Assembly (NCBI GenBank): GCA_965637545.1
Contig: OZ281500.1
Coordinates: 2,170,001 to 2,234,000, forward strand
Length of the DNA: 64,000 nt
Reading direction: 5' to 3'
DNA from: Phallusia mammillata
Taxonomy: Eukaryota
In this document: positions 1 through 13,700 of the stretch, one piece after another
Position numbering within the stretch: the stretch's first letter is position 1
Layout of the letters: every line of letters begins with the position of its first letter
The notes under the pieces: generated by a model
The model's database searches: none
The model's input: only the letters and a program-made list of their open reading frames with translations
Told to the model about the DNA's origin: nothing
Translations under genes and position numbers: made by a program

Positions 1-84
1 AAGTAGTTTATTTGGCACAGGCAGTTAATCACTTGTTTTCAGTTTCACACATTAAACTGCTCACATGAAATCAAGTATTTATAG

Positions 85-661
85 CAGTGGTTCTCAAACT
101 CGGTTTTCGGGGCCGCATGCGGCTCTTAACTACATATATTGCGGCTCGCACCAGCCCTCAGAAAACCACCAAACATTGCTATTTTAGCTTTCAAAGTAAT
201 AATCTTTATTGATTTTCTCAGGGTTTTGTTTTTTTGCTGCTCCCTACACACTTAAAAAAAGGGTCACGTCTAAAACTGCGGGCCCGCTTGGCCCAGCACT
301 TGGCCCGCCTCATGCAAGTATAAAAACTGCGGGCCGGCTTGATAAAGCCGATTTCGACAAGATCTGAACGGCAAGCAATGGATGTAGTGGGCCCGCAGTT
401 TTTCCTTGCGATAGACGCGACAAGCACAGGATATAGTGGGCCCGCGGTTTTTTGATACGAGAGGTGGGCCAAGCACTGGATATATAGTGGGGCTACAGTT
501 TTTATACTTGCAAGAAGCGGGCCCGCAGTTTTCCAATTGCATGAGGCGGGCCAAGTGCTGGGCCAAGCGGACCAAGTGATCCAAGCGGGCCCGCAGTTTT
601 AGACGTGACGGTTAAAAAAATACTATTTGGCCCCAACAATCAAAAAGTTTGAGAACCACTG
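85..661. mobile_element. hAT (Buster/Charlie-like) MITE
   Basis: TIRs CAGTGGTTCTCAAACT / AGTTTGAGAACCACTG; perfect 8-bp TSD ATTTATAG at 77-84 and 662-669; no transposase ORF. Confidence 0.9.
263..609. repeat. GC-rich foldback (long inverted repeat) nested inside the MITE
   Basis: GTCACGTCTAAAACTGCGGGCCCGCTTGG at 263 is mirrored by CCAAGCGGGCCCGCAGTTTTAGACGTGAC ending at 609; several internal GGGCCC palindromes. The ORFs called here are by-products of the repeat. Confidence 0.8.
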
Positions 662-1594
662 ATTTATAGTAATTTGGTAGTACATACAAGTAACGCAACT
701 AACAAAGTAAATAAGCGAAGAAATAAGCAAATTAAACAGACAAAAACACTACATCGTTTGCGCAAATTGAATGATGATGTTAGCTTGGAAATACGAGCGA
801 ATTTTTTCCAAAACATATTCGCGAACTTTAAGCTTTTCTCTCAGTTTTTGTACATTAAATATTTGTATTTATCAAAACATATAGCCAATATTAACGCAAA
901 CAAAAGCCTGACACTAGTAACGTTCATCTTCACGTGTCAATCTAACGTGCGGAGATTTGCGCAATGTACGTCACACATTTATCCGCATCTACACAACCAT
1001 TTAAATGGAAATAATAGAGCTGTAATCAACCGGACATAAGAAACAGTTTGTTACCGGCGAAATTGAGTTAAATTGTGTTTTTCTGCGGATTGTGACTAAA
1101 TTTGCGGCATTTTTCCTTTCAGAATGTTGTATCCTACTGTTCATGTTTAGTGTTAAATACTGTTGCCAGAAACCAGTTTAGTTGGTTTGAGATACTAAAT
1201 GTAACTAATGTTTCAAGACTTATGTGTTTATCGCTATGAATTGTGTCCTCGAAATCCATTTTGCAAAACTCCTCACGCCGCCCATGTGCTTGGCGGAAAC
1301 GTTGTATCTATAATACTCTCCAACCATTTGACAGATAAACATTCTATCTACTTTACATGTAAAATTCACAACTGTTTATTTGGAAAGAAGTCTATAACCG
1401 TTTTTTTTATTTTACACCGACGTACTTTTATACGATTGTAAGCCGCGGCTTTGACGTTTTTGCCCTTTTGTGCGGCTTACAACCGAGTAAATACGGTATT
1501 CGATTTTTATAAGGATACATGCACTTGACTACGTGTTAACTAAAAGAGTGTAAACTGTACATCAATGGATTTACATCAAAGGGCTGTGCAGTCT

Positions 1595-3237
1595 TTAGGT
1601 CATGACCATATGCGAGGCATTTTCGCGCTTTCGTCGGACACACGCATACACGGCAGTACATAGATTCAAAAACGACACAAAGAATGAGGTCCAACCTAAA
1701 TAGATGGAATATGCAAAATCCACTACAGAATCTTGTTCTATTTTAGTGAGTTCTTTGTAGAAAGCCTCCTCGTCGATTGTGCCTGGGAAGGGTTCGTTAC
1801 GTTTTGAGCGAATGCCAATCGTTATGATTCCGTGCTGAAACTGATCGAAGAAAAGCATAGGGCTGCCGTGTTTTGCATCGACAAACAACACAGTATACAC
1901 CAACATGCCCACAAAAAGACACATCACTGCAGATAAAAAAATGTTTGCAGGTTAATATTTTCTATTACTCAAGCTTTTCCATGTTGATGGTTATTTGAAT
2001 CAGTTATTCTTTACGTGTATCTCGCATTATTCTTTAGTTGAAGTCAATACAACACTCATAATTTTGCTTGCGAAATGGGCAACTTACTACTTAGACTGAA
2101 CACGACTGTTCCAGCAACAAACAAGCTTCTGCCTTTAGAACCGGCTGGGTCCTGGTGGGAACCAAGGTTAGTTAGCAAAGTCCCTACGATATGAACTATC
2201 AAACCAATGATCATGAGAGCTGCTGTTGCGTGAAGAGTCCTCTCCTCGTTGTTGTCTGCAGATGTAAAACCAAACGTGTGAGTAAATAAGGTATAGACTT
2301 TGATTTACTCGGTAACTGTGATGCCTTGATGATAAGACTTGAATTCTTGCAGTTTATGTGTGAATTGTTGTGTCTTTAGAAGATCGTAGACAGATTTTGT
2401 TAGTTGGTGCGTTAAATTTGCCCAAAACTTTTTACATTTTATTTAAATGCTAATGTAAAATTATGTAGGCCTACTGGTCTGCACGTACCAAAATCAATTA
2501 TATCTTCGACTCTAATACTTACGCCCCATAGTCTCTGTAAAACCGGTGGAATCAATCTCTATATTAAAGAGACCAGATGCAAAACAGACGATGCCCGAAT
2601 CGTTTAACTTGTTCACCACGCTAACGTAGGCCATTGCTAGTTCGTCATCCGGATCCAAAACGGAAATGTGCAGACCGAGGAAGCTGCGCAAGTCAATGCA
2701 ACCCTAAAACAATTTAACTTATTATACGTAAATTGCAGCAACGTAGCAAGTCAAAAAATTCGGTTGTTTACATATACCACAAATATCTTTAGAATTATTC
2801 ATTTTTAATGTTTTCTTTACATTTTTGCGGAATTAATCGATTGTTTATCATACGCTTTTATGTTTTTTACACGGGCCGGACCATTCGGCCAAGTTCCTGA
2901 CGACAGCGACTGATATATACGTTTGCAATAATATGTTTAATTCTATTTGAATAAGAAACCTATGGAAAATATTTTTACATAAAACTGTCCTATTTTATTA
3001 GAAGTAATATTTAAACAACATTTTTTCTGCGTTTTTTTATGTCCATGTCCAATGTGATCTGTTTAAATTTATACTTTTGATTTGGCTTTTCGAATTTCGT
3101 AACTGCATGTTGTTTGCCAACGAGACTTCAACATACAAAAAACCCACCTTCAACCAGTTGTTGGTGGCCACTGAAATAACCCCAAACAACACGGTGAGGA
3201 CAGCCAAACAGATGATTGCAATTTTAATGTTATTCAT
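1595..3237 (-). CDS. Claudin/PMP22/EMP-superfamily four-TM membrane protein, 4 coding exons, 256 aa
   Basis: Exons 3237-3148, 2703-2523, 2255-2088, 1926-1595 join in frame through GT..AG introns (771 nt). The product has an N-terminal TM ending in W (VATNNWLK), two central TMs and a claudin-like TM4 motif FAYSIYLGWTSFFVS. Confidence 0.85.
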
Positions 3238-4154
3238 CTTTTGATCAATATTCTTCAGCTACCTGTGCAAACCTGCTGAAAACCTGTGTAACCTGCTAGA
3301 ATCAACGTAAATGTGAATTGAATAAAACTGTGCCAAAAGACACAAGTCTCAGATCGTGATAGTTCGACTTTAACGGTGATATTTCACGTTTCAGACGAAC
3401 TTACCTCTAGTTTGTTAACGATTATTTTGCACATTTAATTGCAGCGTAGTAATTTGTCACGTCGAAGGACAAACTGATACAGAAAAGAAAGTTTTTTGAC
3501 ACGTTTTAACATAACGTCACAAGGCAAAGCAAAACGACCCCAAATAGGCCAGGGTAGTCGTTTCTAAAAATCGTGGCAACATAAAAATCCCACTGCAATC
3601 GTTTTGCATAACCAGTAAAGAACAAAATAGTTACCCCTTTCTGCCGGTTCCCCCTGACGACAACGTTTTGCAACGAACTTTATGCGCAGAAGACTGTAAA
3701 ATTGCCCAAGTTTTTCTGCAGGTAACTCTTACTATATTACCGTTGTGCCTTCGAAATACGAGTAAAATTCTTTTCCAAAAGTTCACAATATAGGCTACTT
3801 ATTGGACATCACAATATTGGGAAACCCTGCTGATTTTTCCTGCTTGACGACAACCTCCCTTTTTCAACAGCATCAACAACTTCCTATAGTTTACAATTGC
3901 ACTTTGATGTTGGGTTTTTTTTTTGCTGCCCGCGCGATCATTTCGACTTTAGCATTCGCATTTCTTATCTGAAACACCTATTTTTCGAAGGATCAGTTTT
4001 AGAACTATTCAAATCCTAGAATGAGATGTTTCGGACACATTAGTAATTAGTTTAAACTGAAACGATTGTGCATACGCTAACTCCAGCTCATGTTATAAAC
4101 GAATAACTTGCATCCGACATGCATGTATTTATTAAACTTTTCTGGAAAGACGCG

Positions 4155-4280
4155 CCTAAATTTTGAGCGTGAACCCGACCTGAACCCGAAAGTGCCAGCC
4201 GGAACCAGACCCGAACCCGGCCCGAACCCGATTCGTTTTTGAGAAGCCCGTTTAGACCCGAAAGTTTGATTAAAACACCT
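4155..4280. repeat. Fragment of the CCCGAACCCGG-repeat MITE family
   Basis: CCCGAACCCGGCCCGAACCCGA...TTTTTGAGAAGCCCGTTTAG closely matches the element at 20519-20911. Confidence 0.65.
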
Positions 4281-6225
4281 TTTATCTAAAAGCACAACTT
4301 AGTAATTATTTTTCGAAACACCAATCTTAAAACTATTTGTCCGGAAATTTTACGTACACTTTTTACGTAGTTTAAACGATTTTCATGACCTCGGGCTAGC
4401 TGTAATAAAAACATGAGTAATCTTGCGTCGGTTTTGCAAGAGGGTTATTGCATAATTTGTTGATACTTGATACTTCGCTTACACTGCATTTAAGTTTTTT
4501 CATTTTCTATTTGTAAAGAGCCCAATGCGCATCTTCAGTACATTGTGAGTGGGTTTAACGTACGCAGCTATTTCCAGCTTGGTGACTGTGCAGTGTAATT
4601 GTGTCGCTAAGTGTTCTTTCACCAACCAAAATAAACCCAACCCAACTCAACTCATTACTGCTGGTAGCCTGTGTCGTATTTATGACTTCACAAATCGTTT
4701 CGCACTATGTTCGTATTTTCGCGCTTAACTTGCATAAATTACTGCATGTCTGGTGCAAGCCATCGCACTCATAATGGCACGAGTTGATGGGAAAAAGGTT
4801 AAAAATTAAAGCGTGCAGCTTCTGATAGCCATAGGTTCCATTATTTTCTCACAAATGTATGTTATCTTTTCTTTTTTTTAAAAGGCTGTACAAACAAACT
4901 TATTTTCATTTACCATTGATATCAGCATTTAGAAACTAAATATTCCATTTGCTGCCACAACGTTTTGCTGTATAGTATTAGTTACAATATAACTTTGACA
5001 AAGTAACTATAGTTTAATGCTGATACGGTGCTTAGGCGCTAATAGCCTATCAACTAAATTTTAACCAAAGCAATACAGCTGCAACCCTTCTACACAAAAT
5101 CACTGCAATGTTAATGCTTTGCGACATTAAGTTGCTCAGAGATATGTCTGGTATTGGCAGAATATTGATCAGCTAAAACCCGGTATTTCTGTTCTTAATG
5201 ATCAATGCCCAAGGCTACAACTGGACGCCCGGCTAAAAATATGTCGCGAATTTTCGCCGGTGCACGAATGTAGCGCAGCCACCGATTGTACACTCTCTGT
5301 TAGATCGGAGAATTTCGTAACTACCAAAGCTTTTTACCAAAAAAATTCGTCTGGCCCAATTTGCATTGTCTGCGACAATTGTCTTGTTTATTAGCGTCGT
5401 AAGTTTATCCAATTGGACACTGTGGCGCACTACAGTAGGTCAGCATTACTCCGGTTTACATGAGCTCCGGTTTCTGCCGTCACATGCAGGGTAAATTTTT
5501 ACTCCAAAATGCCCTCTGTTCACATGGCGAAAAAATTACCCTGATTTTAATGTAATAAAACATATTCTCGGGGATCAAATTAGCGTCGGTTGGGTGTAAC
5601 GGCCTACTGGAGAGCGCTCTTTTTTATGTACGCATTTTTGAACATGCGTTAAATTTTCAGCCTATTGTCCATTGCCTGAGCATTTAAACTTTTATAAAAC
5701 AAAACAACACGACCTTGTTGCGTAATATAATGCAAAATCAATTGCGTTTATCAGCAGTCAACAAGTTTTTAATGATCGTTGCTGTTTGCATGTTGTTAAA
5801 GTTTCTACCAACAAATTTTTAAAACACATTGCGCCTGTGAAGCCACAGACGTTGTGAGAAGAGCATCCGGTAAAATTTACCAGGTGTGTTTTTGAAATTT
5901 ACCCACCAAATTTACTCGGCTTTATGTGTGTAAAGTGATTTCCAAATGCAAATCTTACGTGAATTAAAGGTAAAGACGTATTAAGTTATTCACAATTTAA
6001 TCCTGTTAAATTTTATTACCCAAACGGAAACGCAAAGAAATATGATTTGAGCATCCATTTTGCAGTTTTTTTTCTTAAAAACTTAACAAACATTCCTATG
6101 AAAAAATTGTGATAGTTTTATAAACGTGTAAATTGTTGTGTCGCTTGGTGGGGGGCGAGAGTAACTGTTGTTGACTTTTTTTATCTGATGAACAACTTCT
6201 TCAAGAAAAGTAAAGTACGTTAGAC

Positions 6226-6838
6226 CAGGGGTGTCAAACTCGTGGGGTTCGTGGGCCACATTGCAGTTTGGAAATTATGCCAAGGGCCGGATGTGAATTT
6301 TAATCTAGTTTTATACATGTAAACAACCTTGTGCACAGTGTGAAGATCAGTCTTAACCGTTTGTAATGTCATAATTTATGTTATAACGCTTGTGGTACCT
6401 GTTTTTTCGCATTATTTTTACACAATATGCGCACAAAAGTCTGACGCATTCGGATACTAGGCTGGTAATACTCTTTTCAGTACCACAAAATCTGTTTAGA
6501 GCAGTTTGAAAATTAAAAATTTTTGGCAAAGGAGTTTTAACTGCGTCACGGCCGCCAGTACATATATTTTACTCGTCTGTGTGGCCGGACGGCTGCAGGT
6601 TGTACACCCTTGACTGACGCTGTGAGGAACGGTTTTACTATCGTTTCTACCCATAAAACACGAATGGTTATTTATTAATTAATTTTCTGTAAATGTCTGC
6701 ATAAATAATAGCTTTCACTTTGAAAAGTAAGAACAATTTATTATAATTAGATAAAAATCTAACAAAATACTACAATTGTTGTTGAGTGTTCGTGGGCCGC
6801 ATTGGAGGGCTTCGTGGGCCGCATGTTTGACACCCCTG
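6226..6838. mobile_element. hAT-type MITE
   Basis: TIRs CAGGGGTGTCAAAC / GTTTGACACCCCTG; perfect 8-bp TSD CGTTAGAC at 6218-6225 and 6839-6846. Confidence 0.9.
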
Positions 6839-8367
6839 CGTTAGACACTAGCTTGCTTCTGCTTTGTCTGCACCTATTAAAAAATAGTTTTGTAGTTTTA
6901 GGAACGTGATGTACAGCTGTTTATATTATGTTCATGAAGTTTGTGGTAAACAGTCAAAGCGGGATATAGTCGTCGTTGTTTTATTCGGTGTATGGATCCT
7001 TAAAAGATTATTCAACATAAGACCCGTTGACCACGCAAAAATATTAACTAGGTTGTTTTCGAAGCGAATCGAAAAAATTCCCTGAAATTCAAAACACAAT
7101 TAAGTGATGACGTGGCGAGCTTCGGACTCAACATTATGAAAAATTCATCATTTTTCGCGACGCTGTCAGCTTCTTTGCAAAACATCTGTTGGCTTCGGTT
7201 TTAAAGATTGTGGCTACTGTTGCTGTGTCGTGCATTTTAAATTGCTCCTGCTGACATTTTGCCTATTACTTTATGACAGAAAAAACTGAAATAAATGCAC
7301 AAAATGCGTGTCAGTATGAAATTTGTTGGATAACATCAACATATCCTTTTTTGAACTTCCATGTAAAAATATTTTACTCTGTAATCTTTACCATCGTTTT
7401 TGGTGTTTTGCCAACCCCAAACTAGAATTTTATGTTGTTGTGATTTCGTACCGGCGTTCTCAGTTTACTTTAAAGTTGATAGTTTGACTCGAGTCCATAC
7501 ATCTCAGACCACGTCGACCGGTTACCATGTGATTTTTGGAGCTCGGACCAAAACGTGCAAATCAAATTGCGTTGGCGGAAATTCTCGTGGGCGGCGTGTG
7601 AGAACGTTCTGCTCGGAACAGGAAGGCAGAGCTCACTCTGAACCAAGAAACGTGCGCGTCTCGCACTGGAGTGTGTGTGCCTGCACTCAAATGCGGTTCC
7701 GGGCTTAAAAACATCAACAAGGGGTTGTGTGTGCGCGAAAAGCAGGCGCGAGGCGTCGTGTGTTAACTTGACTTGCGGCGTGACAGTCGCATTCCAACTA
7801 CAAGGAGAGTACAACTGATTAGTTTTTTTCTTGAGACACCTGTAAAGCACCTGGCATGCTGGTAAGAGGTAGCGACCAGTGCAAATGGAAGGGTCGTCGC
7901 AGCGCAATGTAATAAACATCGAACCTCTGGCTCGATTTGAAGCTCGAATGCCTTCCCAGACAGATGGGAGACTGAATAACGTGTTTTTGTGCATTTCGTG
8001 CCAAAAAGAGGCTGGGAAACAACGATCCGCGCATGAATATTTAATGTTCCTCCGCGACAGCGCTGCAATGAGGCTAGACCCAGAGTCGCAGACTAAAGAA
8101 ACGTGATTTTGAAACTACACGCGGTGTCTGTGGTGTTGTCAGTTCACATCTTCCGTTCCGTGTCTTACATCTTGTATATCATCGTCTTTCCTCCTTAAAG
8201 TTTCACGTAAGTAAGTTACTTGGCAGGTGCTCTATGTATCAAGTTGTGTAAACTCATAGTTGAGCACCTTATCAATGCATAACAGCGCTACTACAAGCCT
8301 GCGTTCCGCAAAGTTGATAGCATAAGGTGACAAATTAAAGCAATTTTATCTAATTTTGATTTAAAAG

Positions 8368-8446
8368 AGGTCGATTTAGTGGAATATTTTTTATATAGGT
8401 CGATTTAGTGGAATATTTTTTATATAGGTCGATTTAGTGGAATATT
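8368..8446. repeat. 29-bp tandem repeat, about 2.7 copies
   Basis: Unit AGGTCGATTTAGTGGAATATTTTTTATAT starts at 8368, 8397 and 8426. Confidence 0.9.
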
Positions 8447-9793
8447 GACTTAAAAATTATTTCGTTTGCAATTAATAACTCGTTCTCAGTTCTTTCTAGT
8501 CTATTTAAGTTAAACGTTTTAACTTTCCTTCACCCTACGTTGGCGACCGCTTTGTTTAAAAACTGGATGACATGTTGCTCTATGACGTCACAATTCATCA
8601 AAAATTTATCAGTTCTCTTATGAACTTTTTCCAACACAGATTTTGAAGTTAGAACAGAAACATTTGAATCGCAACTTTGCCTTGAAGTATTTTTGCGTCC
8701 ACCCAATTTAAATTGCAAGTTTAAAAATCGTTGATTTATCGTACGGTTGATCATACATGTGGGTTTTAAATTAATAAAATTTATGGCTTTAAAGGCTGAC
8801 TTAAAATTGTAATCAACCTCCAGTTATCGGTGTAAACTAGTTTAGGTTGAAAGTCGGAAATCTACGTTGTAACCAAGTTTACATTGCCACGGGCAGACGG
8901 CGTCTTCTCATTTGAAACTTATTGCGTCACTTACTCCCGTTGTTAGGAAATGAATGGTCTGTTATATCGACCAAATACCAACCACCAATCCGGCCTATCG
9001 CCATGAACAGTACTCTGCAGGCCTGTTCAGAAGAGTCAAGTGTACGTTTGAACAGTGTGTGTTTGTATCAGCATCTGCTCATATGTGTGTTTTTAGATAG
9101 CGAAGGATTCTATTGATCACGTTTTCCACGGGGACGCGTTTTCTGGCCTTTTTGCTCCATGGGGAGTTTCATGACGGTTTTCGCTTTCAATTTCGTTCAA
9201 ATTTGACTTAAAGCCGAAGATACTCTTTTTAATGTAGTTTAATTTAACGATATTTATTATTTTTTGGCAGTGGTTTTGGGCAGCGCTAACAGCCCTCCAT
9301 TAACTAAATGTTAGTCGTCCGCTTTTAAAGTCGCTGCTATTCAATTTTGTGTTTTGCATCCAGTGGATGTTTAGACATCACGATATAATGTGGAATAAAC
9401 AAAAGCTTAGATCAACAATGTGCTGTAAGCAAAGTTTAAATGTAGCATGTTGTATACAAGTAACATCGCACTTGTAAACAAAAAATATACAACAAATTCA
9501 TTATTTGTATCTTTTTTTAACAGTTTCATGTTAAAACATATTGAAAATAACTAATATTGCTATGCGTTTTGACACTATTTGCAAAATCATTTAGGCGGTC
9601 ACGTATCTTATGCATACCATTTGGCTATATGTGTTCGAATTACATACTTAATATGTTTTACTATGCCTTGCAGGTGTCTGCCATATCTGCTTATTATTTG
9701 AAATGAATGCTCTATTGTTCGAGTGGGTTTCATAATTACAGCACATTCTTTCTTGCCTAAAGCTAGCAATTATGAGGCCATGTTGTAATGTGA

Positions 9794-10707
9794 GAATAGT
9801 TCTTAACCGGTGTTCGATCGAACCCCAGGGGTTCGACGAAGAACTTTTTGAAGTACAATACAAATACTCGTTTTTTGTCAAACTTTAGCGTCTATAGTCG
9901 CTGAAAACGGCAATTTGTATTTGCTCAATATCAAAACACTGGAAGGTCAAACCTAGGCAGGGGTGTTTTAAACTGCTCTAAACAATTTTTGTGGTACTAA
10001 AAAGAGTATTACCAGCCTAATAACCATATGTGTCAGACTTTTTGTACGCCTATTGTGTGCCAACAATGCGAACAAAACAAGTACCACAAGCATCACAATA
10101 TAGATTATGACATCATAAACACTTAAGACTGATCTCCTCGCTGTGCAGTTCAATCTGTGCACCGAGATAGAACTTAATCTGGGATTTTTTGGCGCTGTTA
10201 GATGGTAAATACATGATATCAACCAAGTATTTTAAAACAGAAATAAGCAGGTAAATGGCGGCCGTTGGTAAAATAAGAATCTGCGACGCAGTCGTCCTAG
10301 CAAAATGGTTGTGCAACCCTGCACTAAGGTTTTATTTTCTTTCTTTTTTGACGTAACAAAGAGCATTGTTCGTAAACAGAAAAACAACGAAATTTTGTTG
10401 GCAGCAAAAACTTATTACTTCATCTTTTTCATATTAGTGTAGAGATGCTAAAAATACAATGCTTTATTTTGGTAAAAACTAAAAATTGCCGGAATTAAAG
10501 CAATCCTGAAACAAGTTGCTTGTATTATGATGTCAGAATTTAACAAAATGACAAACAGTAACTGTTGCCACTACGTTTGAACAAAAACTAATTATGACAC
10601 ACCAAACAAAATGAGTTAGAAACCTGGGATGTAACTTGTTGGGGTTCGACCAAAGGCTGAAGAATATCGTATGGGTTCGGCCGTTATAAAAAGGTTAAGA
10701 ACCACTG
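9794..10707. mobile_element. Degenerate hAT-type MITE related to the 6226-6838 element
   Basis: Right TIR GGTTAAGAACCACTG is intact and followed by GAATAGAG; the left end GAATAGTTCTTAACC is eroded. Internal 9960-10090 is an inverted homolog of about 6390-6510. Confidence 0.6.
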
Positions 10708-13700
10708 GAATAGAGAATATAAAAACTTCCTGAATTCGAGTTGCGCAATAATGCCAAAGTAATAAAACTGGTTGTGGCTTTAACCTAGAGTCAAAACGAA
10801 ATTGTTTCACCCGTTAAGGTCAAATTTTGTGTATAAACCTAGCTTCACTTTGCCAATCTTGCCCAAAATACTTTTAAATTATTAATATTTCGTCACCTCC
10901 CATGTTTATGTTCGTGAAAAAACGAATGCGTCCTAATCCCAATTTAAAGGTCCTGCTAATCCACTCGCTACACATATGACCGTTTTAAAAGGGTCGTGTT
11001 TATTACAGCGCCGGTAAGCAGCTGCATTACGAACAAATAATCCGCTACTGGTGGTGTAATTTTCCTTCAGGGAGGTATATAAACTCAAGGCACAATTAGT
11101 GCAGCCATTCGTGTTTGTAGACCTAGAAGGGATTGTGTGTGTTTAAGGTTTAGGGTTTGTGCTTGTAATTGGTAATGATAGCGATTTTATTTGACTAAAC
11201 GGACTGTTTTTGTCATATATTGGCTATCGATTAAATGGAAACAGGCAGCTGTTAAAAATGTTCAGCATGTTTGCAGGGCTTTTGCTAATCGCCCACTTAT
11301 ATAGAAAAGTTGCATAACAAAACTTATGTTAAGTGTGAAATAATGGTAGATAAAGTAATATTTTCGAGCTGAAATTCGTTTACTAGCGCCTGTTTTTTGT
11401 CCATAATTACGCCAGTGGGATGTGCCTTGCGCTAAAAGGTTGTTTTTCGTGTATTAATATCTCCTTTGGGACAGTTTAAACTTCTGCTGTATTCCCAAGC
11501 GGCCCCGGGTAAATGTATTGGCGCCATAGCAAACTCACATCCGTCCTTTGAAAAACGGTCGATTTCCTACTATGACGTCACACTGTCTGCGGTCTAAGTG
11601 CGTCACAAACGTCGCTCGATGTCAAAATTTTCTGCCTGACTGAAAAACGGATGCGATTTTATGTAGGCTCATCAACTTTCAGTTCCTCGCACAGCAAAAT
11701 AGACCGTGTTTGAAATTTGCGATGTGGTAGCAAAATTGTTTAATTTACGCTTTTAGCGTTTATGTTATTGCGACCGATCTACAAAAACCGTGTTTCAGAG
11801 TTGGAGTATCGAGTGTTGTGTGAAACCGAGTGATTCATTGCAGTGCTGGGCAGCTTTTTTAAGCAGCGTGCTGTTTTGTGCAAACCAGGCCGGAAGCTTA
11901 CGAGATTAAAACAACAAACCGCTTTACAGATAGACCAGTGTGCGAACGTTTTTTATGATTGCTTTTATAGAAGCAATTCGTTTTGGGTGTCATGCGGAAA
12001 ATGCAAAACTTAATGGAGACCACGTTTAATTGTTAAAAGTTTCATTATCTTTTTTATAAATGGTTTGGTTGAATTGGGTCACTTTTTTAAGCCCTCGTTA
12101 CTGATCTTTGAAGCCTTTGTTTAATTACTCTTTCTTGACAATCTATCACGTGATCGAGTCACGTCACGAAGCGCCTATGACGTCACAATACGTTATTAGG
12201 AAAGTGCTGAAGGTGGTCGGGGTAAAATATAAGACTCGTGTATTTGATGATTCTGCTGAACCCTTTTCTGTGGAGTGAAAAAGCCCGGTTAAATCGTATT
12301 GATTGAATTCCAAAGTTTAAATGATTAGCTTACCAGTTTAATGTATTTCAGGTCACTTTCAGGAAATTGCCCTGTAATAAAGAAAAATTAGTCTGCGGTT
12401 GGATTCGAACCTACGGCCGCAGCCTAATAAAGTTAGTTCATCTATTTAAAAACTGGCAACAAAACAATCTTTAAAAACAGTCCTTTTTAACTCTTGCTAT
12501 TATAAGCTTCCAAGAACTAGCAAAAGTTTGACGTCAACGTTTCCAGGTTCTCGGGTCAAATCGGGCTAAAAATGCAACAACTGTCTCATTCCTATTGGCC
12601 AAGCACTCTGTCACGTGTTTACATAAAACTTGGAAGCTAATTCGTTCCCGGAAATCGTTGTGCATTATCCCGATGCCCTAGCCAGCGTTTGCATTTGGCT
12701 TGACTTTGTTAAACTATCAAAAACCGATCTGTACAGTTTGTTAACACAAAATTTCCATTTTAAGTTACAAAAGTCTTCGAACGACCTCAAAAAAACTGTC
12801 GCGATTGTACTAAGGATCTGTTGGAAGACATATGGTTCAACGTTTACATAATAATTTTATTGCAAACATAAGAATTTCATGGTTTGTGACAGTTTTAGTT
12901 TTATCATGTTTCGATTGAGTCAACAAAAAGCTAGTTATTTTATCAAAGGGTTCGCCTATCCCATATATTGTTTCTCGCTTAGGTCTGCAGATCAGGCCCC
13001 TGACATGGGTTTAAATCACGTCTTTGTTTAAAAGCCTAAGTGAATTTCTGATTTGCATGTAACATCTTATTTCCGGCACTCTGTACTTTTTTGGCAGCGG
13101 TTGCCTTGGTGTCAGTTAAGTAAGATTTGCATTCGGATTGCGATTTTAATACAGCGCATAGCAGAAATGCACAGTGAAGTAATAGGGGGAAATACTAGCC
13201 AGTGAAACAAGAACCGAAAACGATCTTATATTACAAAATGTCGCAATTGACTGGACGTCGATAATAAACAATACCCAGTCTTAATGGCACTTGCAAAGTT
13301 GAACACAGGCAAAGAAAACTAGCGGTTCATTTAAGAAACTATAGCTGTATATGTTTACACACTTTAATAGGCGATTTGTCAAACAGAATTTATGTGTAAC
13401 AGCCTGTTTTCTTTACCAGCCCAATACCACATGGCTTTGAATTAATGTGTAGCTTTTTGCATGCATCTATGCTGTAGCTGTGTTATAGATAACAATAGCC
13501 GTATACGGGAAACGCGACTTGAAGCGTAAACACTGCGACGTGTTGGGGCTGTGACAGTCGTGACTATGTTGAAGGCTGGCCGGTGTTGTATATCGTCGAA
13601 AAAAATCTGTGAAAAGGAACAACCCCACCCTTGATTGATCAATGCTGGTCGCTTCAGGCTCGCAGATCTAGTTAGCTCTCATTCTGCAGTGTAAGCAGAA

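Noticed and set aside
218-584. ORFs of 84 and 104 aa
   Set aside because: By-products of the GC-rich foldback repeat.
3255-3300. Run of tandem CAG|G acceptor-like motifs upstream of the claudin-like ATG
   Set aside because: Could be alternative 5' UTR acceptors, but cannot be told from a degenerate short repeat without transcripts.
8368-8446. CRISPR-like 29-bp repeats
   Set aside because: Head-to-tail repeats without spacers, eukaryotic context, no cas genes.
12385-12425. tRNA gene (GGTTCGAATCC on the minus strand)
   Set aside because: Only a T-arm/B-box hairpin with no D or anticodon arm; probably a SINE fragment.
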